Source: Octopus bimaculoides
Taxonomy: Eukaryota
DNA length: 63,715 nt
Assembly: GCF_001194135.2 (NCBI RefSeq)
Contig: NC_068985.1
Span: forward strand, 91,503,828 to 91,567,542
Direction of reading: 5' to 3'
In this document: one piece after another, positions 24,515 to 37,972 of the stretch
Layout of the letters: each line of letters starts with the position of its first letter
How positions within the stretch are numbered: the stretch's first letter is position 1
The notes under the pieces: generated by a model
Told to the model about the DNA's origin: nothing
Database searches by the model: none
The model's input: only the letters and a program-made list of their open reading frames with translations
Position numbers and translations under genes: made by a program

Positions 24515-25047
24515 ATATATATATATATATATATAAATTTAAGGAATGTAGAAAACGCATGTTATAACTGCATACTTTATTCCGACATATGTTTCGAAGA
24601 ATTACAATTTATGCGATCCATAGGAATCGGCGATGTTAAAAATGTGGATGCTGTTAGGACGTGATTCATTTGAAAAAACCGTTAGAGATTTGGACGCTAC
24701 GAGATAGTAGGATGGACAACACATACATACAAATATATATACATACATACACACATATTTATATACACATATACACATATATAACACACAAATACACATA
24801 TATTTACACATATACACACCCATATATACATACACATATACATGCATCTACGCCTATAACCAAACAAATACATACGCATATACATATATATATACATATA
24901 TACATATATATACGTATACACACACATATGCACATACATACAAGCATACAAATACATATATATATAAAACACCCATATGAATTTATATACATATACATAT
25001 ACAAGCCTACATACACATACACATATACACATATATATACACACACA

Positions 25048-25679
25048 NNNNNNNNNNNNNNNNNNNNNNNNNNNNNNNNNNNNNNNNNNNNNNNNNNNNN
25101 NNNNNNNNNNNNNNNNNNNNNNNNNNNNNNNNNNNNNNNNNNNNNNNNNNNNNNNNNNNNNNNNNNNNNNNNNNNNNNNNNNNNNNNNNNNNNNNNNNNN
25201 NNNNNNNNNNNNNNNNNNNNNNNNNNNNNNNNNNNNNNNNNNNNNNNNNNNNNNNNNNNNNNNNNNNNNNNNNNNNNNNNNNNNNNNNNNNNNNNNNNNN
25301 NNNNNNNNNNNNNNNNNNNNNNNNNNNNNNNNNNNNNNNNNNNNNNNNNNNNNNNNNNNNNNNNNNNNNNNNNNNNNNNNNNNNNNNNNNNNNNNNNNNN
25401 NNNNNNNNNNNNNNNNNNNNNNNNNNNNNNNNNNNNNNNNNNNNNNNNNNNNNNNNNNNNNNNNNNNNNNNNNNNNNNNNNNNNNNNNNNNNNNNNNNNN
25501 NNNNNNNNNNNNNNNNNNNNNNNNNNNNNNNNNNNNNNNNNNNNNNNNNNNNNNNNNNNNNNNNNNNNNNNNNNNNNNNNNNNNNNNNNNNNNNNNNNNN
25601 NNNNNNNNNNNNNNNNNNNNNNNNNNNNNNNNNNNNNNNNNNNNNNNNNNNNNNNNNNNNNNNNNNNNNNNNNNNNNNN
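25048..25679. other. Assembly gap (N run)
   Basis: Ns. Confidence 1.
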
Positions 25680-26026
25680 TAAGTTTCATATTCAGTTTTG
25701 GACGTTGGTAGCGCAGGGCTTGGAATTTTTCAGCATTAAACTGCATATTATTGTCCTCAGCCCATCCGTAAACTGAGTCCAATTCCTGCTGCAGGTGTGC
25801 AACATCACTGGAGTTCTGTATTTTCTGCGAGACTTTTGTATCGTCTGCGTAGCTTGCAAGAGTGGCTATCCGGGCACTTGAAGGCATATCTGAGAGAGCG
25901 ACTATAAAAAGCAATGGTCCCAAGATAGTGCCCTGTGGAACACCGCTCATTATTTGTGTTTTCATAGAGGTGGCTCCATTAGCCACTACTGCCTGACTTC
26001 TATCTTTCAGAAAGTCATGTAACCAT
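25680..26026 (-). mobile_element. LINE reverse transcriptase fragment (CR1/L2/Jockey-group), 5'-truncated
   Basis: Stop-free WLHDFLKDRSQAVVANG...SGVPQGTILGPLLFIVALSDMP...YADDTKV...LQQELDSVYGWAEDNNMQFNAEKFQ contains the GVPQG and YADD RT motifs. Confidence 0.93.
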
Positions 26027-26416
26027 GTCATATACACACACATATATACATATATATACATACACATACACACATGTATACACAATTATATACACACACA
26101 CACATATATATATATATACACACACATATACACATCTAAATATACACATATATTTTTTTTATATATAAAAAATACATTTACACAAATACGCAACATCACA
26201 AATACACTCATATATGAATATATAAAGAAACTTATGCATAAATATATTTGTGCACAAAAATGTACATACATCCAATAACGCATACGTATATATATAATTA
26301 TTTTTATATATTTCTTATAAGTGATAGTAATAGGAGTAAAAATAAGGATATAACATGCGTTTTCTCCATTCCTTAAATTTATATACATATATATATATAT
26401 ATATAACTATATACAT

Positions 26417-26705
26417 ATATTATGTGCCCTTTTAAAGTCTAGCTAGGCTTATGGGCACGGTTTCCCCGTTTCTATAGTGTATGTGTCCCCTCCCCAGCTC
26501 GACGGGACGCCGGTCCATCGCAAATCTACTCAAGAAATAGGAAGAAAGAGTGAGAGAAATTTGGAGCGAAAGAGTACAACAAGGGTCGACCCCCCCCCAC
26601 TTACCGAGGACTCGTGGAGCTTTAGGTGTTTTCGATCAATAATCGAAACCGCGATCCTCTCGCCGCGAGTCCGCTACCCTAACCAATGGGCCATTGCGCC
26701 TCCAC
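26417..26705 (-). mobile_element. SINE family C, near full length with tRNA-like head
   Basis: Minus strand GTGGAGGCGCAA-TGGCCCATTGG (A box)...GGTTTCGATT (B-box variant), then a body matching 24308-24514. Confidence 0.85.
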
Positions 26706-27537
26706 ATACATATATAACACTAAGTTATTATATTACTTGAACCCTCTACCTAACAATTTGGCCTGTCTATATTTTCTCTTTTCTGTATTCCGACGATTCT
26801 GTGCTATAACTAAGAAACAGCGCTTTCCACATCGTTCCTGTCAGATGTTACAAGAAACATCATGAAGATTTAGTTGGCGGCTGATGACGGTTCGTAATTT
26901 ATTTTTGTCGTGATTTACCGTCCTCTTCTGTAAAATATTTGTCATTAATTGCCTTTTCTTTTGTTTCTCATCTTTCTGTGTGAAATTCTGTCGCAGACAT
27001 TTCTATCGTCTCTGTTTCCGCTAATTTATCACCACTTATTTAGTAATTTTGTCGTTGACTTGTTTTCTTTTATCTTGTGTAGTTCTAGCAAGTGTTTTAA
27101 GCGGACACACAGACACATACTTGGTGACTGTCGAATCGTCAACGCGAATGACCATCACCTACACATTATCTAGGATATAAGACAATAAGTCAATAAAAAT
27201 TTGCCCAACCACGCGAAGACTATCACATAGAATTCCAAATAATTGTGAAACAAGAAAGAACCAGAACTCCGGTGTCGTAGTGATTCGGGTGTTATTTATG
27301 TATGTCCTTCTCGAGAGATAACTAAAGAGATGCTAGGACCTTCTCTCTTTTCTGTTGGAAGGCCATTGACTGAGATCATTTCTCCTTTGTCTTTCTTCAT
27401 GCACGGTCTCAAAGGAAGTCATCCTTCTTACGTGACAAGCTGGGTAAGGTTGGCAGTTTATTCACTGACCATGAGACAGGCTCTGCTGTATTACATGTTA
27501 GTAAAAGCGCTAAGATTGACCTCACCTGAAATGGATA

Positions 27538-27790
27538 TTGTGGTTAGGGCGTTCCACTCATGAATGCGAGATCATGGGTTCGATTCCTAGGTCGGGCGTT
27601 GCGTTATGTTCTTGAGCAAAGCACTTCATTTCATGTCGCTCTGGGGTTATGTCATTATCTGACATGTGGCACACAGTTGCACCTACACAGGTAATGTCGA
27701 TATGATGGAGGGAGTGAGCTTATATGTGCACAAACATTTGATCACTGTAACCAAATCATCTGTGTAGTTGTTCGATAAGAAATTTTCGAA
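27538..27790 (+). mobile_element. tRNA-derived SINE, family D
   Basis: GTGGTTAGGGCG...GGTTCGATTCC (B box, 27577-27587), then gttcttgagcaaagcacttcatttca. A related copy lies on the minus strand at 63520-63700. Confidence 0.7.
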
Positions 27791-27848
27791 CCCTCATACG
27801 TCGTCTAACGACCGGAGAGTCCGTCATCATATAAATATATTCATATGT

Positions 27849-27886
<38 letters not shown>

Positions 27887-29404
27887 ACGCACACACACAC
27901 ACGCACGTAGACACATACGCATATATATGTATACATACACACCACATGCACAGGATGATGTTTTTCGGTATTTATCACGTCCCTACTTCCATTCACGCAA
28001 ACCTTGGTTCTTTTAATCCTTTCAGATTCGGTATAATACCATGACCGTGTTGTAGATGAATGCATTAGTAACATCAAAGTCCTTTAAATATGCTCAATAA
28101 TCATGAACTCTTTTCCTTCCAATCCATTTCTAGTAAACGGTCCTTTATTTAGTCTAGATTTATAATATCTAGTTATGATTTAATATAGTGCTCTGTATCA
28201 ATATATTACAAGTTGTTTTATATGTTCTCCCAAAATTGTATAATTTATTGTTGCTTTTGACTTATGAGCAAGAAATAAAGTGTAAATGTTTATGCAAAAA
28301 GGCAATATCATTAACAATAGAACAGAATGTAAATATGGTTTATATGTAGGCAATAGTTAGCATCTGATTTCCCGTCAATATTACATGAGAACTGGTGTAT
28401 TGGGAAATTAAACAATATGGATGTCATCAAAATTGAATTGGCATCTACTCTTTCAAGTAGCAAATATTTCTCTTAGGCTGCTTATGCACATTATTATTAT
28501 TTCATGAATAAATGCGTAGATGATGAGAGAACGTACGATTATTAATATCAGAAATTATTCTATAAAGATTTTTCGTTTATATTTTCCCCGGATCTCGCAT
28601 CCATTATATTACTAACTATAAATGCCGTATAGGCATAGGAAATATTAAAACTGTTGCTTTTCATGCATTAAACATTCGAGTTCATAACGAAAGTATTTTG
28701 ACATACTACAATATTCTGTGTCGAAGTGGGACGTTTAGTTTGTTTTTATATTATGAATGTTAGATTGAAGAGTAAATCAAGGAAGTTTCTAATGTCTCCT
28801 ACAATAAATATAACCCTTATTTGATCCGTTGTTGAAAGTAGCAGTGGTGGTCATGATGTTTTTCATGGGAGCCATTGATGTGGATGATCAGAAATAGCTT
28901 TCGAATTTTCTACTCAAACGAAAATCCATGCCGTAGACTTGTTTCTAATAAACAATACATTTCAGTATACCACGCAGTCCATAGCGTCTACTTAACCTAT
29001 ACTACAAGTAAAATGAAAATTTGTGGATTCTGATTTTAAGGAAATATTTCAAATTCCTATGAATGCAGCATAGATTTATATTGCTGATGCTATTTATTGC
29101 TGGTTTAGATGTTAAACCAGTATTGATTTTTCACACGACGTATCAAAGCCAAATATTTGTGGGCTGGATTACAGTAAATTGAATCACCTATAGAGCATGA
29201 ATAGTACTTAGTTTACCGAACTCAGTGAAATGAAGAGCAAAATCAATATCTCTATCATATAAACTCGTGATGTTGAAGGAAATAACTATTTTAATGCTTA
29301 TATTTTGGTACTCTAATACATCTTATACTCACAACCAAACTATATTTATTACGCAAGGAATGGACTTTTATTACATGCAGGCATACACACCCAAACATAC
29401 GCAT

Positions 29405-29438
<34 letters not shown>

Positions 29439-30839
29439 TATATACATGTACATAAGTTCGCTTTGATGTCAGTGTCAAGCAAAACATAGTAGCTTGTATA
29501 AAACTTTCGTTCAATGTTTCAAGTAGTTATATATTTGAGATGAGAAATAAGCATTCCATTGGTTCGCCTATACCTGACCGAGAAGAATATTGAGGTATTG
29601 TGTGCGTGCGTGCGTGCGTGCGTGGGTGTTGTATGTGGGAACGCGTTTGCGTGTGTGTGTGTGCGTTTGCACATTTTGTTTGTGGGTTAACAAGGCTACC
29701 AATGATTTTTGCTGAAGACACTTGTAATTTTCAATCGTACCACATGAAAACATTGCTGCCTATCTCCATTTAAAAAAAGTTATGCGAGGTTGTACGGCAT
29801 TCGGATACATAAAAATAAGTGTGGATGACATGAGAAATGAATTATAACGATATTTTAATGCATTAGCCAGAAAAGGATTAAGAGGAAAGCAGGAGAGTAA
29901 ATGAAAAAAAAAAAACAGAAAAAAAACGGAGACAGAAAAATGTGTAGAGAATAACGGTTCAGCATGATGTGAAATAAGCAGAAGAAAGAGGCTGAATGAA
30001 AGAGAGATAATGACGGTCTCATTTTAGACATAACCGTCTATTTTAATGTTATGTTCTGGAATGCTTTTAGTAACAAAACCCTATTTCTGGAGTAAAATAT
30101 AGTCTTCAGAGTACAAGTGTTTGTGGTTACTGTAGCTCCAGAAGAAAGAAAATCTTTGCCGTTCGCACTGGAAAAGATACTTGGCTACAGAAGCAGCAAC
30201 CTGTTTAGTGTACCTGCAGTTCCACTTCAACACTATTTTCTCTACACACCTTAGTTATGCTTTTCAGAGAAATAGTTGCTGAAAATATATAAGTCGTGAA
30301 TACGATTCAAAATTTTAGGCTAATTCTTAAAACATTCCGTTCCAGTAATCCTTAAGAAAAAAAAAGAAGTTAACATTATTAATAAGCGCATACCCAGTTG
30401 TAATTGTAACTCATAAAATGTGATCACCGAGCTCTTGTTCGTCACTAGATAAGCTCCGCTCTGCGTATGGAAATACTAAGGTTTTTAACAATGTTTTGTG
30501 GATTACTGGTTCAGAATGAATTCGAAGAAGGGTTAAAATAGAAAATCCTACTAATACGCAAAATCTGAAGTGATATGTAAATCTTCCTCCTTTCTACAAT
30601 CTGCAGGTGGTGAAGAGGTTGAAATAACTGTTGGTCGCTTTTACATTATTTTTAATATAATTCCTAAATCAAGGAAAAACGAAAAATTCTTTAAACTCCG
30701 AGTCATTCAAATAAATGTGGCATTAAGGCTAGGATACGTTACATACTAAGTAATGCACACGCACATTTATCAAAAAGGACGGTTCCATAATTCTTTTATA
30801 AACTTGACAGCATTTTCTTTTTCAACAAGCATTCGTCTA

Positions 30840-31520
30840 TATTGACAGGTAAATTCGTAAGATGCTGACATGCAGTAAGATGCACCACCTAAAGGCAGAT
30901 GCAGATTCTCTCTACCTTCCCAGATCCCAAGGCAGTCGAATCTTGATTTGAAATCTCTTACAAAACCACCACAATTGGACTGGCAGAATATCTACAAAAA
31001 TCTAACGCTTTGATGCTAAAACACATTAAAAATACGACGTGAGACGTAAGAAGCTTCATTCCGTCACGAAGGAAAATGAAAAAAGCAATTTCCTAGAAAG
31101 TTCATGCATAATATCCAGATTGGTCAGCATGATGGAAGTGCGGCAGCAATCGTCGCAAAGGTGAGACCAATGACAAAGGAGAAAATGGTTTTGAACAATT
31201 AGCTGAAGGTGGGAACAAATATGTCGGCCCGAGCAAACAAATTGTGTGGCTACGGAGATCATGACTAAATTTTGAGAGCGAAAGCTTTATCTTCTCTACT
31301 CAATATCTGAGCATTTTCATTCGGAACTATCAAGATAAAGGGATGAAAATGGAGTAGACTCAAAGATGCGATACAGCAAAGACGAAACTGAAACAGTGGA
31401 CCACCTAATCTCTGGGTGTAAGTTTTTACCACCTGTAGATTATAAATCAAGACATGATTACTATGTTGGTAAGCATAGGTATATGTGAAATAAAACTCTG
31501 GTCTACCCTGGTGAAGAACA
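30840..31520 (+). mobile_element. R4/Dong-like non-LTR retrotransposon remnant (post-RT region to zinc knuckle)
   Basis: Frameshifted MHHLKADADSLYLPRSQGSR...KTTTIGLAEYL...MRYSKDETETVDHLISGCKFLPPVDYKSRHD, with a decayed CCHC knuckle and RHD motif. Confidence 0.8.
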
Positions 31521-33475
31521 TCGGTAATCATCCCTTAGCCTGATATCTCTTAGCATAGGATACTTTCAGGCCATTATCGTTATATCGAGCAGAGCTCTGC
31601 AGATCTATTTCATTTTTAAGAATAAGTATGAGCAAATTCATACGATCGATCATCGAGGACAATCATAGATCCCCATGGAATCGTTTAGCACTCTGTCCAC
31701 ATCCGTCCTATTTTCCTATCACAGTAAAAATAGGCATATTAGAATAATGATTGTTTGAACACTAGTTTATTATCACAATCATTAATCGTTGTGGCTACTT
31801 TCCAGCAATATAATGCCTTCTGGAAGATGGATGTTTATATGAGAGCATACATGCACATTCAACCATTTTGGGTGAATTTTCAAACTCTGTATCATCCATT
31901 CTACGGATACACTGTTCTGGTCTAATTCAATCATTCGATATTTATGAAAGAAAATCGGACATCGAGTTTGTCAATGTAGTTTTCTGTTTTGATTCGCAAA
32001 TTGTTACTTCTCAGTGTTTTTGTCATAATATGTTGAAGGCTGTTTCTCGGAAATTTTGTTAATGGCGTTTACGAGAAAGTAGGGTAAAGTTTAACGTTGT
32101 TGTTCTTGTATCTTCATATAATTTATTTTATGTGTAAAGATGATAGCATTGTGATATATGTGCCAGAATATTTCAGAGTGTTTGGTAACGGAATGACACT
32201 ATCTGGAAATGTAATTTTATCAGAATAATGTACTCAGTTTCGAAATGAACATGTTGTGTTTCGTCATTTCCTTATTCGGGAAATAAAATTTCCCACAGCC
32301 TTGGCTTCAATATGCTTTCCGTTTTCTCGATGAAGATCATGATTTAAAGCTTCCTGCATGACGTAAGTGCGGCTGACAGAGAAAAGAGGATGGTCTCTTC
32401 AGGAAAATATGACAACGTTTATTCGGTTTGTGAAGAAATGCACATTTATCTCTACAAAAATAATGCAGTATGTTCTGTAGACTCACTATCTTTAGTTAAA
32501 TAATTATTCTCCACGCGCAAATAATATGCGACTGATAAAGGCGTTTCACACACATATTTATTCGCTAGAATTTTGCACAGTTTGACATAGAGCGACAAAT
32601 AGTCTTTACTTAATGGTTTAATAAGTAACAAAGCATAAGGTTCTTTGATAACTTTTTAAAGCTAGTCCACCTTAGTTTGTCTGTCATCATGGATAAAAGT
32701 TATTCCGTATAATTCATAATGGAGAGTTCGACTTCGATGTACAACAAGTGAAATTTACATAAAACAATTGTCCGCAAAAAGTGAACGCTAAAACCAATTT
32801 TGCTTGCAATTGTTTCGAAAACTAGATATTTAGTGCCCTGAAATAAATTGCAATCTTATCAATAACTACACTTTATGTTTGAGAGGATTTCACAGCTCTC
32901 AGTCAATGAAAATGGGACCTGCAGGACTTTCTAAATGACATCAGTTTTATGCGACCCGCTTCTCAAAAGTGGATGCCCTTCCTGGAAACGTCTATATCCC
33001 TCATTGTGTGTGTCTGTGTGTTGTATACGAATGGTGTAAGAGTTAGTGTGATTGCCTGTAATTTACTTCAAGTAAATGCAGAAAACTTATGAGAAAAGGG
33101 AATAAAATATGTTTAATTATATATCCTGCGTCTAGCAATATTCTTATGAGACTTCAGAGAGGAGAAGGAAGTTGGTTAAGGTATTTCTTCTGTAAACTGG
33201 CTCTGAATATATTAAAGCCTGCGGAAAATTAGTATTCATTGCTGTTTATTATTACCCCGATGTACCAAAAGTTATATAAAGGATTATTTGTGAATTGTTG
33301 CATACACTCATACTCCATATGTAAACTTACGTAAATGTAACTTCGTCAAAGTTTGAGTGTAGCAATGATTGCAAGCAGATTTCTTAGAGATATTTGCGAA
33401 ATGCAATTGTCATTTTGAGGCTCGGTTTTCAATATTATTCTTAGAACTTGAAATTACAGTTACTCGTGATTTCTG

Positions 33476-33486
33476 CAGGTAAGTAT
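33476..33486 (+). promoter_or_regulatory. Perfect U1-complementary 5' splice site CAG|GTAAGTAT
   Basis: Sequence gatttctgcag|gtaagtat; the upstream side is itself a strong acceptor (TTTCTGCAG). Confidence 0.4.
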
Positions 33487-36064
33487 CACAACCAAATATA
33501 ATTCATTAGGGAGTACTGTTATTTCACGAAATTATAATTTACTTCTGATTTTGTACCTGCAATTTCTAAAGAGGTAATTCATTTTACACACGTTCAATAA
33601 AGTCTCCTATTGAAATCTGTAGACATATATATATATATATATATATATATAGCTGTAAACATACATATGTGTAATTGTGTGTGTGTGTGGTGTATTATAC
33701 ACACATAAATGGCTTCAAAGAAGTTATTTGATATCGTATAAGCTCTCAGGAGAGCAATGCTTCTCATAACAAACAGTTTTGAGCTAATGAAAGTGATTAA
33801 ATCATTCATTAATCGACAGTGCACAATATGTATTCATATATGCATATTTACACTTACTAAAAATCATCAAGAGCTATGTATGTGTGTGTGTACATATACA
33901 TATATTAGAACATATAAATACATATATACATAACACACATATATATATAGAGAGACAAGTATACATACACACTATATATATGCATATGTACACATGCATA
34001 CATACATATATATAGACACAAATAAACACACGTGTACATACATATATATATACACACATACATGCTTCCAGATGCACATATACAAACACATCTACAAACA
34101 TAATTATATATAAACATTCATAGGCATATATGAATACGAAGTTATAGTTCATGGACTTAACTCGGCTTCGATCCTAGGTGAACTTCATCATAAGGTGTGA
34201 AGTGTTGATTCTTTATTGTGTATTACATGAAACCCTTGTTCTTGCGGAGAAAACAAACAATATATATATGTGCGTGTGTCTATGAATGTGTATGCACAGG
34301 TGTGTATTATGAGGTCTTATGCGTGTGCTTACGTGTGCAATATTTCTGAATGTCATTAACAATTTTGACATGAGAATAGAAACTCTTAAACAGATGTTAT
34401 ATTGCCACATTTGTTAATGGGAAATTATTGAAAAAATATATAATTGAGACAAACTGAATAGATGGTGGGTACATATAGATTTCAAGAGGCCAGATAAAAT
34501 ATGATGATAATATTTATTAAACAGTCCAAGTATTTACAGTATATAGACGCAAATATATGTGTATTTATATATATATATAGGTGTGTGCGCGCGTGTGTGT
34601 GTGTGTGTGTGTGTGCGTATACCCGCGCGCGCGTATATGTGTGGTACCTATAATTGGTTTGCGTATAAGTATGTCTTCATGCCTGGCGTTATATAACTCT
34701 AATAGAAATCTCATGATCATTAAATTTATTTGAATACGTGTCAGTTTAAATTTGAGATTTAAAATATAATTTTCTATGTTCAGTGTGCTAGAAAAAACGA
34801 TATTCATAATATATTCAACAAATATTTCTTTTTAATTTCGAATTTTAATAATCATTATATTTCCAACGAATATTCATCTTGAAAAGAAAAAAGAAAACTA
34901 TAATATAAAAATAATATACAGTTATAAAACAAATGTCCTCCTACCTTCTGCAAATTTAATAGATTTTTAGGAGTCATTTTAAAGGGAAATAAACGATATA
35001 CAGAAAACGAATGGAAGAATTGTGTGTAAAGTACTGAATTTATTTCGTGCTAAATTAACTAAACATATTTCTTTCGTCGTTATCTAGATAATAAATAACT
35101 GAACGTTTCTTATTCTGTATTTATTTATTTAATATCCTGTCAATACCATCAGTAAGATTAACGAAGACAATTATTTTCATTCTACGTGAAAAGCCAGTTT
35201 TGTATATTCCTTGTTTTCTGTCAGATAAGACAGAAAAAAAGAGTAACAAAAAACATCTGTTCTTAAATCTATACTATTTGTGCTGAATAAATATACTACA
35301 AACAAATAAATATACATATAAATAGATAAATCAAATGATTCCCTATATACTTAGCTTTATCCTCAGCGTAAATCATACAGAAAGCTACTTTTCTAGGCAG
35401 CAGCAACATGAGATGAGGCTAACGGAATTTACGCTTGTTAAATCAAATCTTGAATCACACAAATTCAGCATTGTTAGTCAAGTTATAAAGTTCTGTCAAT
35501 AGAGATTTCTTTATAACAGACGTCGAATCAATACTATTCAGCCTTCAACCAAATTGAAGTGGAATGCCAGTTGAACATCAATCAGCTTTAAATACTTCAT
35601 TTGCTTGAAAGAAATGAAGAATGAACTGAAGAGGGAGAAGGAGGAAGGAAAGGTGTGTGTAGGTAAACAAAAAGACACTTAAACAATTAAAACCAAAGAA
35701 TAAATATATAAAATAAGCAGTAAAGTATATATTATTCGTAAAAAAATCAAACGGTAAACGTTTATTTATCGTTGCAAACGCTTGATGGTTAATAATCTTT
35801 TAAATTTCTAATCCCACAATCAATATCTTGTCTTTAAGCCTCAGGTTTACAAGAAATGTATACTGAAAACATATATTTTTATTTCTATTTATGTATAGTT
35901 AATTGTGTATATACATGTTCATGTAGCTATGAACAAATGCATGTCTCTGTCTCTCTCTCTAAATATACATGTGTGTATGCTTGTGTATATCTATGTTTAT
36001 GCATATGCCATTTGTGATTATACATGTATTTCAGTGTAAATATATCGGGTATACACATTCTTAG

Positions 36065-36455
<391 letters not shown>

Positions 36456-37540
36456 GATTGATTTACATCATACGACTAGGCGTTTTGATATTGTGTTTAT
36501 TAGCATCTGAGCTGTCGCAAATGCATTTGTGTCTATCAATTTCTTAAATACTCAAACCTATAAATGTGAGTAGATTCATATAAGGTTCAATTCTCTATTC
36601 TCTCTAGTGATCAATTTAAATAAAACATATATTTTTAGAACGTTATCGTAACTGTATTTTTAGAATGATATCCTGCCTATTATTTTTTTTAAAGATTTTG
36701 AGAAGCCTAGGAAGAACTAAGATGGCAATGCAAGAGTGTTCGGTCGCGCAGGTTGATTGAATACATATATATAGACAAAGGATTCTTACGAATTGGCAAC
36801 GGTTTGCTTAGAAAATATATTTGTGTTTAGAAATAAGGAATGCATTTGTGCAGAACAAAAGAAAATATAATATTAGTATGGAAAAGAGAGTAATGCACTC
36901 ATGTTGATTTTTCGGCATATGCTTTGCTTTGTGTGTTCAGCTGCATCTTTCAAATATCTTTTGTTTTCTTTCATCACGTAAAACACAGTGGTTGATTATT
37001 TTGCATCAGATGAATTACATCACATCCCATATCAATGACTACAGAAACATACCTTCGAGTAAAATAAGTAGTTAATCATAATTATACAGAAAAGATATTT
37101 TTTTATGAAATTTGTCATACAATGAACACAAATCTTTATATGATTATGAGGATGTTTATATGAGTGACGTTTCTGTCCGTACAAATCTAAATATGTTTGT
37201 GTTTATCCGTCTATATATAATTGTCTTTTTCCGCATAGCATACACAATCCCATATCCAAGAGTGCTAATGTAAAAGAAATATTCTCCCACAAATTGCTAT
37301 ATCAATATTTTGAAAGAACCACATGGCTGTATTATGGATTTTCAGGTCTAAACCTAATTGTACACTGTTATGTTTCCTTAAGCATTACGTAAACAAGCAT
37401 TACGTAAACAAGAATCGCACAATACACTCTGTAACCAATAAAACGCGCTTCTTTAAATATTTACGTATTGCCTCTCGGTGAAGGATACTTCAAACTTCAA
37501 AATATAGTATCTAAATCCCAGTAAATTACACACACATATA

Positions 37541-37677
37541 GGCGCAGGAGTGGCTGTGTGGTAAATAGCTTGCTTACCAACCACATGGTTCCGGTTCAGT
37601 CCCACTGCGTTGCACATTGGTCAGGTGCCTTCTACTATAGCCTGGACTTCGTAAACGGAAACTGAAAGAAGACCGTC

Positions 37678-37712
<35 letters not shown>

Positions 37713-37972
37713 GTCTGTGTGTGTGTGTCTGTGTCTGTGTGTCTGTGTGTGCGTATGTGTGCTTGTGTTTATGTGTCTGTGTTTGTGTTTCCCGCAATAT
37801 CGCTTGATAACGGATGTTGATGTGTTCATGTCCCCGTAACCTAGCAGTTCGGCAACACCACCGACAGAATAAGTACTAGTCTTACAAAGAATAAATGCTG
37901 GGGTCGATTTGTATCGTTAAAAGTTGGTGCTCCCGCATGGCTGCAGTCAAATAACTGGAAGAAATAAAAGAA
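37541..37972 (+). mobile_element. SINE family B, near full length with internal (TG)n
   Basis: Head GGCGCAGGAGTGGCTGTGTGG...GGTTCAGTCCC, internal ACGGAAACTGAAAGAAG plus microsatellite, tail GAATAAGTACTAG...GCATGGCTGCAGTCAAAT. Confidence 0.85.

Larger units (their letters stand above)
23429..24648 (+). repeat. 114-bp direct duplication (23429-23542 and 24535-24648) spanning a gap and a SINE
   Basis: Both copies read aaatt.aaggaatg.agaaaacgcatgttataactgcatactttattcc.acatatgtttcgaagaattac...aatgtgga, with 3 mismatches. Confidence 0.9.

Noticed and set aside
19594-25776. ORFs of 240-460 aa in the track (also near 42.2, 47.3 and 59.0 kb)
   Set aside because: They run through N-gaps. Only the RT segment at 25680-26026 is real coding-derived sequence.
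26641-26705. tRNA-like sequences (also near 2150, 27540, 37545 and 63660)
   Set aside because: SINE heads with A/B boxes but no complete cloverleaf; not tRNA genes.
31790-31960. TFQQYNA...CSGLIQSFDIY as a possible Tc1/mariner catalytic-domain relic
   Set aside because: Only a short motif resemblance (FQQDNA), with no TIR or supporting flanking motifs.
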